Origin: Macrostomum lignano
Taxonomy: Eukaryota
Length of the DNA stretch: 64,000 bases
Direction of reading: 5' to 3'
NCBI GenBank assembly: GCA_002269645.1
Contig: NIVC01001558.1
Location: 186,001 to 250,000 of the forward strand
Numbering within the stretch: the stretch's first letter is position 1; every line of letters starts with the position of its first letter. A program made the translations under genes and the position numbers. Positions 33,450-47,600 of this stretch are shown one piece after another. The notes beneath the pieces were generated by a model. The model was not told the DNA's origin. It did no database searches and saw nothing but the letters and a program-made list of their open reading frames with translations.

Positions 33450-35454
33450 GGACCTCGGAGACGGCCCCTAAATATTGTACATTAGTGAACACTGGAGGGA
33501 CACATCTACGGATACTATAGAATCTGTGCTCAAGGATGTTAGGGGTGCCGAAATTTCCATATCGGATTAAATTTTTCTAGCATTTCTTTCTACAGTCCTG
33601 CAGTGTTCAGGCCCAAGTTCGAAGCTGAATTGAACCAACCTCTGCTTCTGCAAGGGAGACGAGCGCACGCCTTGCTGATTTTCAGGATTACTCGTACGTC
33701 TTTTCAATTGACCGAATTTGAGGAATAGGAGAAGAGGAAATTTCATACAGTCGGGAACTTTCGGAATTGACTGCTAACGATAACGAACCCGAAGCAGAGT
33801 CTGCCTTAAATGCTTATCCGCATTTTGTTAAGAAAAACGGAAATTCGACTATCGAAGTGTTCGTCTTACAGCAGATTGTTCTCAAAATCGGACAGAAAAA
33901 CTCGACTTGTTGCTACGCTGCACTCAGCTTTTACGAACAGCTGATTTGACTCGTAGTTCAAAATCTTACCGTCTCGGGTGGATTCAGCACGGTAGGACTG
34001 GGACTGCCGAAGCTTAGTTCAGGATTATTTGTGCTCGCCAAGCAATGCCGATTATCTTTATATAGGTGTCTTCTTTAACCTCGCATTGGGGTGCCGCACT
34101 AGAAGGCAAGCGTGTGTTCTAAACGAGAAGTTTTTTTACAGCGGGCGCTAAAGTGCCAAAGAAGGGTGCTGGCAAAAGGGCTATACCTCAGAATATATAC
34201 TTCCAAAGCAAATGTCTGTTTAGACAGACATGTATACATTTGGGTTAAACACAGGAACAGAATTTTGTGCTGCAACGCTTGCCTGTGTCACAAGGCCATA
34301 TCGCTCTATTTTTCCTCTATTCGTCCGGCCTTGCTCGTGTCGCGTTGTGCCTTCTCTTTTTTGTTGGCGGGCGCTTGCCTGTGCACATGCATGCGTGTTT
34401 GGCGAAAGGCGGGACCTTGAACAACCAAAGCGCTCGCATGACGCACTACGGGAGACACGGAGAGAGAGAGAGAGAGAGAACACTCTGAAACGTACGCTGT
34501 GTTCTGCTCCTTCTAGCTTCTCTCTTCTAGCCTCCAGTTGTCTCCCCAACCACCCTATGCGCACATCTGTGAGGGCAGGGGAAGAACAGGATTAAGCCCG
34601 TTGCAGCTTAGCGTCTCTCATCTCTATCCTCCATCGTCGTCTCTTCCGCGCAGAAGTATCCTTTTCTTTCAGAAGATGTGCGTTGGAGCCCAAAGTTTTC
34701 GCTGCGCTGTCCTCCTCCACCCGTTGCTCCAATTTCCTTCCCTTACTTCGCTTTCACTTGTCCCTTTTGTACATGGGTGATGCCATGCCTATTTATAGCC
34801 AGCGCTCCCGCTTATGGTTAGAGTGCTGAAAAATCAGCTGAGGGCAAAGTGGATGGCGTGATTCTAAAAATAGCTCATATCAAAAAACATTCCAGGTCGG
34901 GGCGGGTAAGGCACAGACCAGTGTGGTTTCCTATCTAGTGTGGGCTGCGTTCATTATTAGTATTTGGGCAATATGCGACGTGACGCACACGCCAAAACGC
35001 TGCGATGCGTGAGTAAGAAAGAAATGAACCACGTTTGTTTACGAAGCTTTTCTATACTATATGAGTACATTACTCACATATCAGAGGGCTTTTTTGTGAC
35101 GACTGGTCTCTCTGATTTGAGGGCAGAAATCAATCTGGACTGGATTGCTTTGAGGGTTCCAGTTGAGTCATAAAAAGAGCACTAAAAGCCCCTCTGGCTT
35201 CTCCTCTGAGTAGCTAGGTTTTCTTGGCCTTCGCAATACCAGCTTTTTAATCTAGAGGGCTTATGGAGGTCTTATGGCTATTCGAATTCCTATTGCTGCT
35301 AGGAACACAGGAATTTTCGGGCAGATATCAGGTTTGATTGTTTTAATTCTTTAACTCTGAAATTCTTACAGTTTTAGTGTAACACATGCTATAGTTTAGC
35401 CGCAACTCTGAAATGCTTTGAATATGGCATTGAGAATTTAATTCAAAGTCTCAC

Positions 35455-35628
35455 CGTGGTGAAGTTGTTACTTTGCTCTTCTCCGGATAACTCCTTCCTG
35501 CTGTCTTTGCTGCCACCGCCGCCGCCGCCGCCAGGAGGGCTGGTGCCTGACGATGCTGAAGAGTGCCAGAACTTCAAGAAGTCCAATTTGAACATGCTAT
35601 TTTGGTCGGGAAGGTGAATCGCGTTCAT
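35455..35628 (-). CDS. Probable distal coding exon of the NDR kinase gene (MNAIHLPDQ...GGGGGGG...NNFTT)
   Basis: Acceptor ctacag just upstream, ATG at 35628, phase-0 donor ACG|GTGAGA. This matches the phase-0 acceptor at 20533 in frame. The linkage is inferred. Confidence 0.5.
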
Positions 35629-36530
35629 GTAGGGCTGTAGTTGATCTTGGTAACAATAAATGTGAAGGAAAATTCAATGCTAGCTGTATGAGTAGGAAAT
35701 TATCAAATTTACAATTCTCAAATTTACTTCTATAAGAAAATGGGGTACACACTTCTAACAAAAACAACGCTGCAGTTTCTTTTTTCTGCTGTCCATTATT
35801 TTCTACCGCAGCAGCGTTTCTGCCAGATAAATAGTTTTTTTTAATGTTTTCGCTGTTCTGGTGTTATTAATTCCACAGCCGAAAAGGCAGATATGCACTG
35901 AAAGAGACGTAATGAAAGATAGTCAGTGCAGATGCAGACTTGGCTGCAGGGGCCGCTATTGGAGGGACACTGAGTGCGCAGAATCACACCACTCACAAAA
36001 GGGGGCAGTGGCCTGCGGGCGTGTCACGCGCTTCCAGGCCAGCATAATGAAAATCAAAAAGTAGTTAAAGCCACCCTAAAAAATAAAATGCTTGACCGAC
36101 AGCTCACACAGCTTATTAAGAGGATAATAAATTCCATGGCACGGTGAGATAAATATCGTATGACAGTCTTGTAAAATATTGCAGGCTGTAGTTGATTGCT
36201 GTCTGGTTTAGGGTTCTGATCAAACTGATGGCTAATAGGAAAATTCCATAAAACAAATTAGAATGCGTCCTGGTAGGAAGTTCTGAGTAAATCCGGCCAG
36301 TATGGTAAACATTGATGGCACAGGCATTAATGCAATGACACTCCATTTATGACCCATAAGCTAAGGGTGGCCATCACATCACCGGCATTTACCCCGGGAT
36401 ACGTTGTATGCAGCAAGATCTGAAATAATTCTGTGGCCTTGGTTGGCGATGACCTCGCGAGGAAACACGAGTAAGTCCAGGGCGCTAGGACGCATATTAT
36501 ATTGCATTCGGGAGCTGCTCGATCCAACTA

Positions 36531-36820
36531 GGTGGTTGTAGCCTAGTGGTTAGAGCGTCGGACTCACGACTGAAAGATCGGGGGTTCGATTCTCGACTCA
36601 CTCACAACATTGTTAACTCTGCATTGCTTCAATTCACCCAGCTGTAAAATGGGTGCCAGCATTAGCTGGGGTAATTGAGGCTGTGTGTGGCGACCCCCCA
36701 GTCCTTGGACTGAACAGCCGTACGCAGCCTTCCGATACGCCGTGCAATAAGCTGCGGCGGAGCGGTTAAATGTAGTCGCACATCGGCCCATTAAGGCAGG
36801 TGTAATCAGATATAATTATT
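36531..36820 (+). mobile_element. CORE-type SINE family A
   Basis: A box TAGCCTAGTGG, B box GGTTCGATTC, partial CORE and the shared 3' body. Confidence 0.85.
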
Positions 36821-39234
36821 ACGCTCGTATTATCGATTCGACGCTAAACGGACGGCACCGGGTCGCAGCTTCTCCGACGCCTTTTACGGTACAATCAAGC
36901 GCGACTGATGCAGCCTTCTGTCCTTCTGGGTCTGCGATGACTGCGGATGGCCAGGCATGAGACTACACTGCCCTGAGTCGCTGGCGCGGCAAGTAATGCG
37001 CAGCAATGAACAAGGACGGACGGCTCGCTATGTTGACCAACTACTGACGGACGCTTAATGGAACCAAATAGAATAGAAACGTATTCCATTAACCTCAATA
37101 TTGTGAGACCATCTGACTTTCAAGAAGTACATGTAGTTTCCGAAAATTGATTACCAAAAAACTAAAGTCAAACGATTTGTTACTTACCGTTGTCACAGGT
37201 GAATTCACCAACGGCTTAGTTGATCAGTTGTGAATGCACAAACTTCCTTCGATTAACGATTGAAAGCTTTTTCGTGAACTTTCGTTTCGCTAATTATTTT
37301 GCATGGGAGTAAAGTTTCATTCTTTCGATTGGTCCTCTCTTGTGGAAGCTTCTTTGAAACTCTGACAAACTAATAATGAAATACGCTGACCAACCACTTG
37401 CACCCGACCCAACGCTGGTAGAGAGCACAATATAAATGGGCACAATATAGATTAAGCTCAATTAAACAAATACATATAAAACAGATATGCATGTCAAAGC
37501 AGAGAGGGGCTGAATTTTACCTGAATGAGGCGCCTGAAACACCTTGAAACCCTACTACAGGCAAGAAACGTGCAGGAAAACTTTATCGCGTAACTGATCG
37601 GAGTATAATGCAACTCCAACCCCGTTCTGCAGTCTGCATGTACATACACATGTGTTTTACGGTTTTTTTCTTCGCTCAAATCTTCTACGTTGGTTTAGCC
37701 GAGTCAGACAGCTACACAGAAACCGGCCGGTTCTACAGCAGTAAATAGTAACCGCTGCGCACGCTTTTAGATAATGTATAGTCCAAGCGAACAGTCTGTG
37801 TGCTGGTTATGCACTGTCACGTGTCTGCTTCAATTAAGCGTCACATAGTTTGAGCCGCCTACAATATTCGTGCATTCACTTTGAACAATGCTTTAATTTA
37901 CTGAGCAATTGGTTTCCCGTGATTCGACAGGGAATGTAAATTCAACATAAATTATACTTACTGCTTTCGCTTTGTTCATGTGGCCTGCGCAACCGGTTTT
38001 GCGACTAGCAAGTTTGAGGGGTTCGTCAAGCTCTAGCAAAAATCTGAATGAACTTCTTCTCTCTTACACATTTATTCCTGCAGAGCGAAATCTTTGTAAC
38101 GCGATTTAATGGCTATGAGTCTGGCCAAATACATGTAGATTTGTATATTTTGTTGCTAACATTTGCTAACGCTGAGACCATGCTCGTATACTTAATTAGA
38201 TCAGGAGTTATGAGCTCCATGTACAAGGTAGTCTAAGCGCCAAAAAATTGAATTTTCGCGCCAATAATCGACAAGACAGATAAAACACCCCAGCTTCCAG
38301 AAATCAAGGACTATTAGAAGTTACCGTCGCATACAACGCTATACAAACTATTGCTTTTGAGAAAGAAATTGAATAGCCTCAGAGCAGGATCTAGAGAAGA
38401 TTTTCTCGCCGATGCCTCTCTTAACGGTTTTAATAATTACATGTACGCTCTCATCTATACCAGGCCATGAGTAGTAGTTATTGACTGGCGTAAATACGCT
38501 CGTATGAATTCGAGTACATGGAATATAGATTTTTACAGAATGGTTACACCAATGCAGAGCTTTTACTCCGCTAAAACTTTCCTAAAATGCTCAGATGGAC
38601 AATCGACCGAGTCGACGACTGTGCGACTACTAAGCTACTAACCCAAACCTATGGACTAAGACACCGCCAACCAAAAAAGTGGAATCAGGGACGGTGCTAG
38701 GACCGAGTTCACCCACAATTGCCACCACCCAGCGGACAGGTCCCGGGAGTGCGCGAAAAAAGAATTGGAAAATGTTTGGGTTACTACTGAAAAGCGGTCC
38801 GAGAGCAGGGGAGACCCAGAAGTCTCGGAAATGGCTTAATTTTGGAGCGAGTCTGGAAGGCTTGTTTCCGAGGGCGAGACTCCTATCAGGCCACCAGAAA
38901 ATCTATAGGGCTGCAAGCCACAAGGGTGTCACCTACACAGCTCTATATTGGAGGCCAGGCCAAGGGGTCGGAAAGGGGCACAAGGAGCAAGAGGACACGG
39001 ACTCAGCCGGTATATAAGATTTATCAGCCGGCACAATGCTTTTTTACTGCAGATTTTGTCTGCATTGCCTTCCCAATGCTTATTACATGTAATAAATCTT
39101 AGTAAAGAGATATACACGATCAAAACTTTTTGATAGTAACTGCATATCAAATGCATCTTATTTTTTTTGGGGGGGGGGCTGGGCAATACAGACAGAATCT
39201 AGCTGCCAAATGCTGTGTAGGCGCTGCAGTAAAA

Positions 39235-39420
39235 AAGCATTGCGGGCAAACCTCGGAGGGAAAAAACTCCGCGGGCAATCCACTCGCGGGCAATCCACTC
39301 GCGGGTAAATTGCACTGCGGGAAAATCTCCACGGGCAATTCGCTCACGGGCAAAATGCACTGCGGGCAAATCTCCTGCGCAAATCTCGGCGGGCAATTCG
39401 TCTGCGGGCATTTCTCGTGC
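39235..39420. repeat. Degenerate repeat of a gcgggcaa(a/t) motif spaced about 19-20 bp apart
   Basis: Direct reading; probably internal repeats of a non-autonomous transposon. Confidence 0.6.
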
Positions 39421-39534
39421 TCCCAGATACATGTACAATCAAGCTGGGATGTCAACTAGCTTACGCGATGTTATATGTATAAGCCCAAATTATAGCCTGG
39501 ACCAAACGGGCTGGTATTCGATTACTATAATTTT

Positions 39535-39868
39535 GGGGTCGCTTCACAAGCCCGAAATTTCACAACCTCGAAAACCATTTTAGCAGCAAGTGTCTCTTGA
39601 AGATAAACTTGATGAGTGTGAACAGCTGGCCCTGGACTGTGCTCAGCTGCCTGCTAAAATTTTTGAGGTTGTGAAATTTCGAGCTTGTGAAGTCGCTTGC
39701 TAAAATTTTCGAGGATATGAAATTTCGAGCTTATGAAGTTTCGGGTTTGTGAAAGTGGGCTGCTAGAATGGTTTTCGAGGTTGTGAAATTTCGAGGTTGT
39801 GAAATTTCGAGCTTATGAAAGTAACTGGTTTCGAGGTTGTGAAATTTCGAGCTTGTGAAAGCAACCCC
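39535..39868. mobile_element. MITE-like element with inverted ends and reiterated subterminal units
   Basis: ggggtcgcttcacaagcccgaaatttcacaacctcgaaa is inverted relative to several ttcgaggttgtgaaatttcgagcttgtgaa units ending in gcaacccc. Confidence 0.55.
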
Positions 39869-41550
39869 TAATGTTCTGGACTCAGACAAGTAGACGAGTA
39901 CTAAGAAACGCCAAGACATCCCATCCAACACTAAAAGAAACAACGAATTGGTTTTTTAACGAATAGAGTTATACTAAGACGCTGGCAGATTTATACTAAG
40001 ACGCTACCAGGCCTATACCAATTACCAATTAACATTACCAGTAACAATTATAACATCCAAGAATATTCCTAAATAGTGAAAAGCAGGCATAAAATAGCCA
40101 CGGTTACAACATTATACAGTGGAATTGAAGAAAAACCCAAGTTCAAATTTGGTGTCAGCAGTGTGATCTTTGTTATAAGACAGAACGATAACACTAGTAC
40201 CACGGTGGGTTTACCGTCAACTCGTCCTGAGCATTTTCGCCCAGGTCCCTTCGTTTCATGTTTTAATACGAGGTAATATAACACAAAGGCAAAATACTTT
40301 ATCCAAAAGTTAAATTGTAATATTTTTATGTCAAACAAGTCTTACTTGCTGCATGTATTTATTTTTTTGTTTTAAAGCTTAGAAAATTTTAAATTGCATT
40401 TTTCTTAAAAACATCAGTTGACCTCTTTCCTGGAAAAGAGGAGTACCAATATGCAGCTTGTTTTTAATTCAGTACATACTATTGACTACTCTACATTACA
40501 TAACGTATTTTTTTAGATCTAAGAACCAAGGGGTCTAGCAGTTCAACTTTAGAGTTTTCATTTCTTTATTATCAAAAACTACAAGTATCAGTTTTGTGTT
40601 GTAATTGTTACTAGCAAATTACGGTGGTTAGTGTGGTTATCTAGAAAGTTACTCTAGGCCTAGTCTTAGCATTTAGTGATTCCACGACAGGTTTCTTAAA
40701 CATACCTTTGCCGCCTTGAATATATTACTATAATTTTTATTCTCCATTGTGGTACAATATACAATTCAAGTTATAGTATACTCTAGCAGTGTCAGTGTGG
40801 GTCTGTAATTCTTAAGATTTATACTATACTGTAACTAATTTCGATAATGTTATGCATGAATCACAATGTGCTCAAATTACAGTGAGGTAGCCTATACTGC
40901 AAACATTTTCTATGAACACATTGTAGCATTCTGATTATTTTGCTCTTAAGTATGCATTTGAAGTTTTCTACCTTGTCAAGTCCTTGTTTATATACTTTGA
41001 ATTTGCCCTCTAATCAGTCAAATTAATTGAAGCTCATTTTGAACAATGGTTGAGTTAAAAATGGTTTTAGGAATAAATTTTGTATAGGGCCTAGTTTAAT
41101 CAAAAAAATTGTACTAACTATATTGCTTTAAGAATAATATGCATGCCCAATACCTGGCAAAAAGTCTAGCCATGCTATAGTCTAGATTATGCTGGGTGCA
41201 TCGTGCATGCAAAAAATTGAATAGGCCTAGTTGCAAATGCATACCAAAAAAATTTAGTGCATGCCCATTCTCAAAAATATGCTGGTGTTGCGACAATAAA
41301 TGACCTTTTTACATTGTGACAATAAATGACCTTTTTAAGTTGCATAGAATAGACCCTTATTAGCAGATAATTTGGTTGATTTTTATGCTTTTTTGGCCAT
41401 ACTATTTACAACAAAAAATTGATACATGCAAAGATTTGTTTAAAAGCTTTTTACAAGCTTGAAAAACTAGAAAGCTTGAAATTTATATATAAAAATTAAC
41501 TTTTTTCATTTTTACTTCGCAATAACTATTACATGTGATTCTATGGATTA

Positions 41551-42196
41551 CAGTCATTTTGGTGACAAGACGTTTCAGTGACAGTCCTTTCGGTGACAAG
41601 CAAAAGTCATTTCGGTGACAAGAAAAATACAATTTTAGTTATAGCCATTCTGTTTTTAAACAGAAAATTACTTAGAAAATCTCAAGGGATATTGAGCCTA
41701 AAATTTTATATTTTTTTAAACAGTTAAATATTTCTCTATTTAATTTTGTTTATTTACAATTATAGAGTTGCGGTCTTTTGAATTATGTTTTCCAATTTAA
41801 ACATGCAAAAGCGTCAACGAGTGAATATCTCTGCCTTTCTCGTGGTCTGCATTTCATGAGGATTCTCTCTAGGTTTATGGTTTATGTGTGTGAACACTCT
41901 GGGACAATTCAAAATGATCTGCACAGGAAGAAAACAATATAATTAGTTTGCTTTCTTTTTTTAAATATATTCTTTTGATGAAAATTTTTAAATACATTTT
42001 GAAACATAAATATTAACAAAATAACTACAACCGAATATTATGAAACGCCTCTTATCACTAAAATAACAATACTCATGAAATCTTTGATTTTTCATTGAAA
42101 ATGAAGCGTGTCTATCACAATTGCAACTTGTCACCAAAACGACTATTTGTCACCAAAACGTCTGTCACCGAAATGTCTTGTCACCGAAACGACTGG
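41551..42196. mobile_element. Foldback/MITE with about 70-bp TIRs built from ggtgacaag subrepeats, flanked by TA
   Basis: 41551 cagtcattttggtgacaagacgtttcagtgacag... matches the reverse complement of 42127-42196 (...cttgtcaccgaaacgactgg). TA on both flanks. Confidence 0.7.
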
Positions 42197-43323
42197 TACC
42201 CGATTCTATAAAGTGCATGCCAGGTGTGCATGCATACTTTTTTCTTAGGAGTGATGCATGCCAATTGTGCACACCTAATTTGGACATGCAAGACCAATGC
42301 ATCCCCAAATTTTTGGGCATATACTATATGGTCTAGAGTGTTATAGCCATGGCATAGTAAATCATAAAAATGCAACCCAAAAATAGATAAAAAAAGAGAA
42401 AAAAAGAAAAATGGCAAGAGAAAAAATAAAAAAAGTAGAAAAAAAGAAAATGAATAAAAAAATGGAAAAAGTAAAATCTAATACCATATTGCAGCCAAAG
42501 GCAACTAAGTTTCAATTTTTTTTAAAAACTAAGTTGTTTCAGCTAGGTGAAATTTTTAAGTTAGGAATATGTTCTTAAGAATCTCTATATCTATCAATTA
42601 AAACTTTTTAGTTTAGTTTTATTGCAACTTTTTTTATTGTAGAATGTAACATATTAAAATGTATTGTTTTACACAATACAATGTTAAAAATTGAAAGTGC
42701 AAGCTTTAAATCTCAAGGAATTATAATCATGTCAAATATAGCTTACCTAGCAAAATGTATACAAAAGCATATTCTTTATAGCAAATGGTTGCTAATATAT
42801 ATCAATTAAGCCATATATTGTCTAAATAGGAGCTTTTTAGGTCTTTGTTATCAGTGAATACATGTGAGTAGCATCTTGGATACCTGGCATGCATTATACC
42901 ATGTTAGAAAACTTGATTAGATTCATTAGATTACTTGAGTCTATAGATATAATCAGGGCTCTTTATTTATCAAAAGGTGATATGCAAATTTGGAGATTTC
43001 ATATTAACTATTTTCTAAAAATTAAGTACTTTCTCAATAAATTCAGCTTGATCTATCATTAACTTAGAGTGCTATAACAATCTTACTAAAAGCATCTAGC
43101 ACAATATTCATCTTCTATTATTCTAATGCAGATAGGTTATATGCCATTAGAATGAAAATAGTAGGGTGTACAATATTTCCATGCAAGGTCTCAAGTTCAA
43201 ACAAAGCTGCTCTATATGGCAATTAGAGTCAACTTAGATAGACCACTAGATTCTGGCATAAACTAGAACTCTTTATGTCCTTGCATAATCCAATTATTTC
43301 TTATATTATTTAAAATGTATATA

Positions 43324-44682
43324 CTTCGGCATCTGAATAATCATGCAACTCAATAAATAAAACAAGAACTAGTGATTCAATGACAGCGAAACCGCATCAG
43401 TCTGTAACATAGCATCCCCCAGTACCGATGACAGCATTGCAGTATTCCAGAAGCTTATGCACTTCGGCGGCTAGGGAACTTTTGTCCAGGCTCTTTGCCT
43501 GGTGCAACGTGGCTGCTTCAACCTCGGAATGGTCAGCAAACTGTCTGTGGCACAGGTTGTTCTTCATCCAGCTGAACAGGAAGCGATCGCACAAGTTGAG
43601 GTCTGGACTGTATGGACTTTAAAACAGTGTTCGGATGCTCCTCTTTTCAAAGTTAGTCCCATACAGTCCTGCTTGCATGCGGTTGGGCATTGTCTCCACT
43701 GCCACAGAACTTTGTGTAGGTAAATCGGCTTCGAATGCAAGCAGCGCCACAAATTGCTGGTTTGTTTCAAAAATTGGATGATGCGCTCACCATCAACTGT
43801 CTCGTGCAGGGCTGTGGCAGAGATAAAAAATCGCTTGTTCAGAGTGAACCCCACAAGCAGCATTGTTTTGCGAGCGCTGATCTGCTGTTGCACAACCTTA
43901 GGACAGTGATCACCACTTGCCATTGCCAACCAGCAGCGATTCTTCTGCTTTGGCACCTGGCCATGGAATGGCATCCACGTCTCATCAGCTGTGACCAGTT
44001 TGTCCATCATTGCCTGGATTCCCTCCTGATGGAAGATGGAGCAAATTCTGCTTGCACATTGCACACAAGCAGCCTTTTGCTCTTCACTCAGCTGGTGTGG
44101 CACCCAGACGGCCGCTATGTTTCGCAGGCCGAGATCCTGCATGAGGATTTCATGTATGCTCATCTTACCAATTTCTAACCAGTCAGCCAACTCTCGCACA
44201 CTTGTCCTGCTGTCCTCCTGCATGAGTTCTCGCACTAGCTCAATCACCTTTGGCATTCTGGTTGTTCTCGCATTTCCTCATTTGCTCTCGCTGACATCTG
44301 TAGGAGGAACTTGGAACTGCTTGTACCAATGGCAGATTGTTGCTTTATTGGGTGCATCTTCCCCGTGTGCAGCAAAAAGTTCTCGGTGACAGTCAGCAGC
44401 AATGATCTTCAGTTTAAAGCGAGTCAGTGCATAGAATTTAAAATCATTCATTGCTGCCAGCGAAGCTGAGAAGAAAATTAATCATTATCATTAAGATTTG
44501 CGTTGCACTGGGGCTGAGGGTCCCTCGCAAAATTATGCCAATGCTGCTTCTAATGCATGTCTATGGCTGAAATAGCATAGTGTGGCAGCTGATGTTTTGT
44601 ACTTTTATATGCTGCAGCAGTCATTTAAATTTTTGATTGCTTTTTGAGATATATCTCTGCATGATTACCTGGACACCCAAAG
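43324..44682 (-). mobile_element. Decayed mariner (D,D34D) element, about 1.36 kb
   Basis: Degenerate TIRs (cttcggcatctgaataatcatgca vs reverse complement ctttgggtgtccaggtaatcatgca) with TA on both sides. Confidence 0.75.
43397..44451 (-). pseudogene. Mariner transposase pseudogene
   Basis: HTH region, WVPHQL, TADETW, DNAQPH and PYSPDLNLCD. In-frame TGA at 44278-44280 and frameshifts near 43600-43700. Confidence 0.88.
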
Positions 44683-47600
44683 TAGTACTATAAATCAAAA
44701 ACAAAGAAATTTATATGTTGGCAAGATTAGCAACTTGCTAAGCCTCATTGGATTGATCCAGAGAATCTAATTAAAAAAATTAATAGTAGCATCTTTTGAT
44801 ATAATTATTCTTGCATATCAAAATTATCACTATGCTACTGTATTTATAGATAGTTTGGATTAGTTGCAACAGTTGGCTGTGTAGAAACTGAGGCTATAAG
44901 CTATAAATAAGTATAAGATAGGCCACAAAAGCATTTGGTCCTATAAATTTTGACTATAATAGCCAGCATAGTTTGTACCAACTTGTCTAGGGAATCTTTT
45001 GCGAATCCAACTATATATAATCCATTTAGATACAGAGGTGGCTTCATATATATTTTATTAAATATAATTGCATAGAAGCATTGTAGTAGTATATATTGCT
45101 CTAAATGGGATTGAATAATTTTTTGACAATCATTATCTATGCTAATATTTCCTAGTCTTCTAAGATGCCATTTCAGTGTAATAGGATAAGGGATACATAA
45201 AATGCTTTGGGTAGTACAATAACTGTTGCAACTAGCAAAAAATAATTTAGAAGCTTTTAAAATATCATGGTATATAGCCTATTCTTTTTGATTGAGGGAA
45301 ACTGAAAGTTGACAAACCAGGAAATATTGGTGAGGATTTCCTTTACATAATTTGCTGCTGGCTTCTAGATAAAAAATGAATTCATTGGTTGTGTCTAAAC
45401 CAGCATGTCTAATTTAGTTTTTGATATGACTTGACTATAGATATTATTTTAATTTCATATACAGTTTAAAGTGTTTTGTTTTATCTATAGACCAAATGAA
45501 ACTGTGAGACAGGCTTGTGTTTAAAGCTTGCTATGAGAGCTGCAAAAAATAAAAAGAAATAAGAACAAGACCAAGAATCTTGGAGCAGTGTAAAGTCAGC
45601 TATGATATTAGCACTAATTGAAAACTCCTTGAGCAGATTTAAGTAATCTGAGAATATAACAGTTTTCTATTGCAATCAGTTGGCTATAATGCTCAAGCCA
45701 ATATTCAAAGCCCAGAACTTTTGATACACTGATGGGGATATTAAAGCAATATGCATTTATATCAAAAATGTCCTGAACCACCAAATATGCTTGGATTGTC
45801 TAATCTTGAAGATAAGTTTGTTTGAAAAGGGGAAGATGACTATTATAGCTTAATGAGTCTAAAGTGAATTTTTATATTCTTAAGATTAGATTAGGAGCCT
45901 TTAGAATAAAAGTAGGCTAAGAATTGATTATGTCTGCTTTATTAAATGACTCCAACTCATCTTTAATCTGGCCACATTGAATTATATATATACTATGCTG
46001 GGTGGCACTCTTTAAATGGCCTACCAAAACACCCCCCTGTGGCCCAAATTATTGGGTTGAATTAGTTGAAAAGTAAATACCAAAGCTTACAAAGGGTTCA
46101 ATAAGGCTAAAAATTCTTAAATAAGCTTTATGGCTAACCAAGATATAGTTTAAAAAATACTAGGCAGATGTCTAGGTTAGGCAAAATGCCTTTAGGTATT
46201 TTTTAGGCTAGTGTTTATGATAAATACCCATAAGTTTTGATATATTCTGCAGGAATAGCATATAGGCCAAATATATTTACAAATTAATTAAATGAAACTA
46301 AAAAGAATTCAGTATCAATTAATTTTATAAAATGGTAGAGCTTAGAGAGTTTTTGACAATAGCAATATATGCTACTTATTGTTTCTTTGAAAAACACTTT
46401 AGAAATAACTCACATTTAAATTATTGGAAATGGCTTATACCCAAAGCTTATACTCATTAGTTTCTTTGGAAAATGTATAAAAAAGCTTTTTTTATCACAT
46501 TTGTATTTACTATTACATCCTAGGATGCAACAATTTCTTGTCATTGTTGCAAACTTTGTATCAAAGATTAAAAGGTTAGTATTTGCTGTCTTAGTCCAAA
46601 GCAAAAAGGTTTCATAATCATAAAATTATTTTGCTTTTAAAAGCTATAAAGCAAAAAAAGTATTAAGCCAAATGAGTTCTATGCATGGGATTTCCATCCC
46701 CTCTTAAAAAGCCAAACTGGGAATATCCAAATTGGGGATTTTCCATTATTATGCTCATATGGTTCTCGCTTGCTTGCTTTCCCTTTTATTTATCTATATT
46801 TATCTATTCTAAATTGTTAGTGACTTGTGAATATTATTAATGTGTTAATATTTACACTGATTTCCAACAAATAAATGCAAGTGTAGTGCACCCCATTTTT
46901 AAGACAGGCATTGGCAATGGAAATGCAATATAGTTGTAGTTTAAGCCATAAAATGTGGTCTCAAGTTTTTGGCAAAGCAAAAGTTGCATCTTGTTCCATA
47001 TTTGGGGTGTCTATTATCTTATTGTTACCATCAATTTTGCAATTTCAATGCTATATACTCATATAACTTGTTTATGAGCTATACAAGCAATTCTACATTA
47101 TTACAATTCATATCATATATTAATGATATCATACATACACAATACCCAATAGATCTAGCCATTTTTCAGCTAGGAGACAGGATGAGTGACCAAAGAAGTT
47201 ATATTGCAAAACCAATCAACCAAGCACCAAAGCATTTTAAGGGTATTCAAGCCAAAAGCAATTAAAAACTGAATAAAACATGAAAAACATAAAAACATAA
47301 AAAGAGGAGAAACCTGCATAAGTGTTTAAAACACTTATGCATTATACACTTATGCAACACTTATACAAATAAAAAGAGGTACAATTAATAGCTAAAGCTA
47401 AAGTGAGAAGATTTAAATTGCATACAAAGCAAAGCTATATAGCAAAAAAGGCTCTCTAGATGGAAAAATAACATTTTATAAATAAACTGTTTCACTCAAT
47501 ATAGTAAGATCAAGTTTACAGTGTTGCAAATGTACATGATATCTGACATGGTATGATATACATGTAATCGATTTTACAATTCCGAGTTTTGTTGATTGTT

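Larger units (their letters stand above)
42740..46545 (-). pseudogene. Decayed P-superfamily (THAP-type) transposase, split by a mariner
   Basis: Minus-strand fragments in the expected order: THAP MTRNCCILGCN..FIHFPK/YKLWV*AI (46416-46545), SDN (about 44820), FFVFD (about 44700), ILNNIRNNW (43290-43318), AEFIEKVLNF*KIVNMKSP (about 42985-43050), YILLGK (about 42750). Many stops and frameshifts. Confidence 0.65.

Noticed and set aside
36531-36600. SINE heads as real tRNA genes (all family A and B copies)
   Set aside because: The acceptor and anticodon stems do not pair properly, and each head runs into the same SINE body.
38679-39017. 112-aa ORF with a faint RTE-like C-terminal pattern (YWRPGQG)
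   Set aside because: Too little similarity to support a call without a search.
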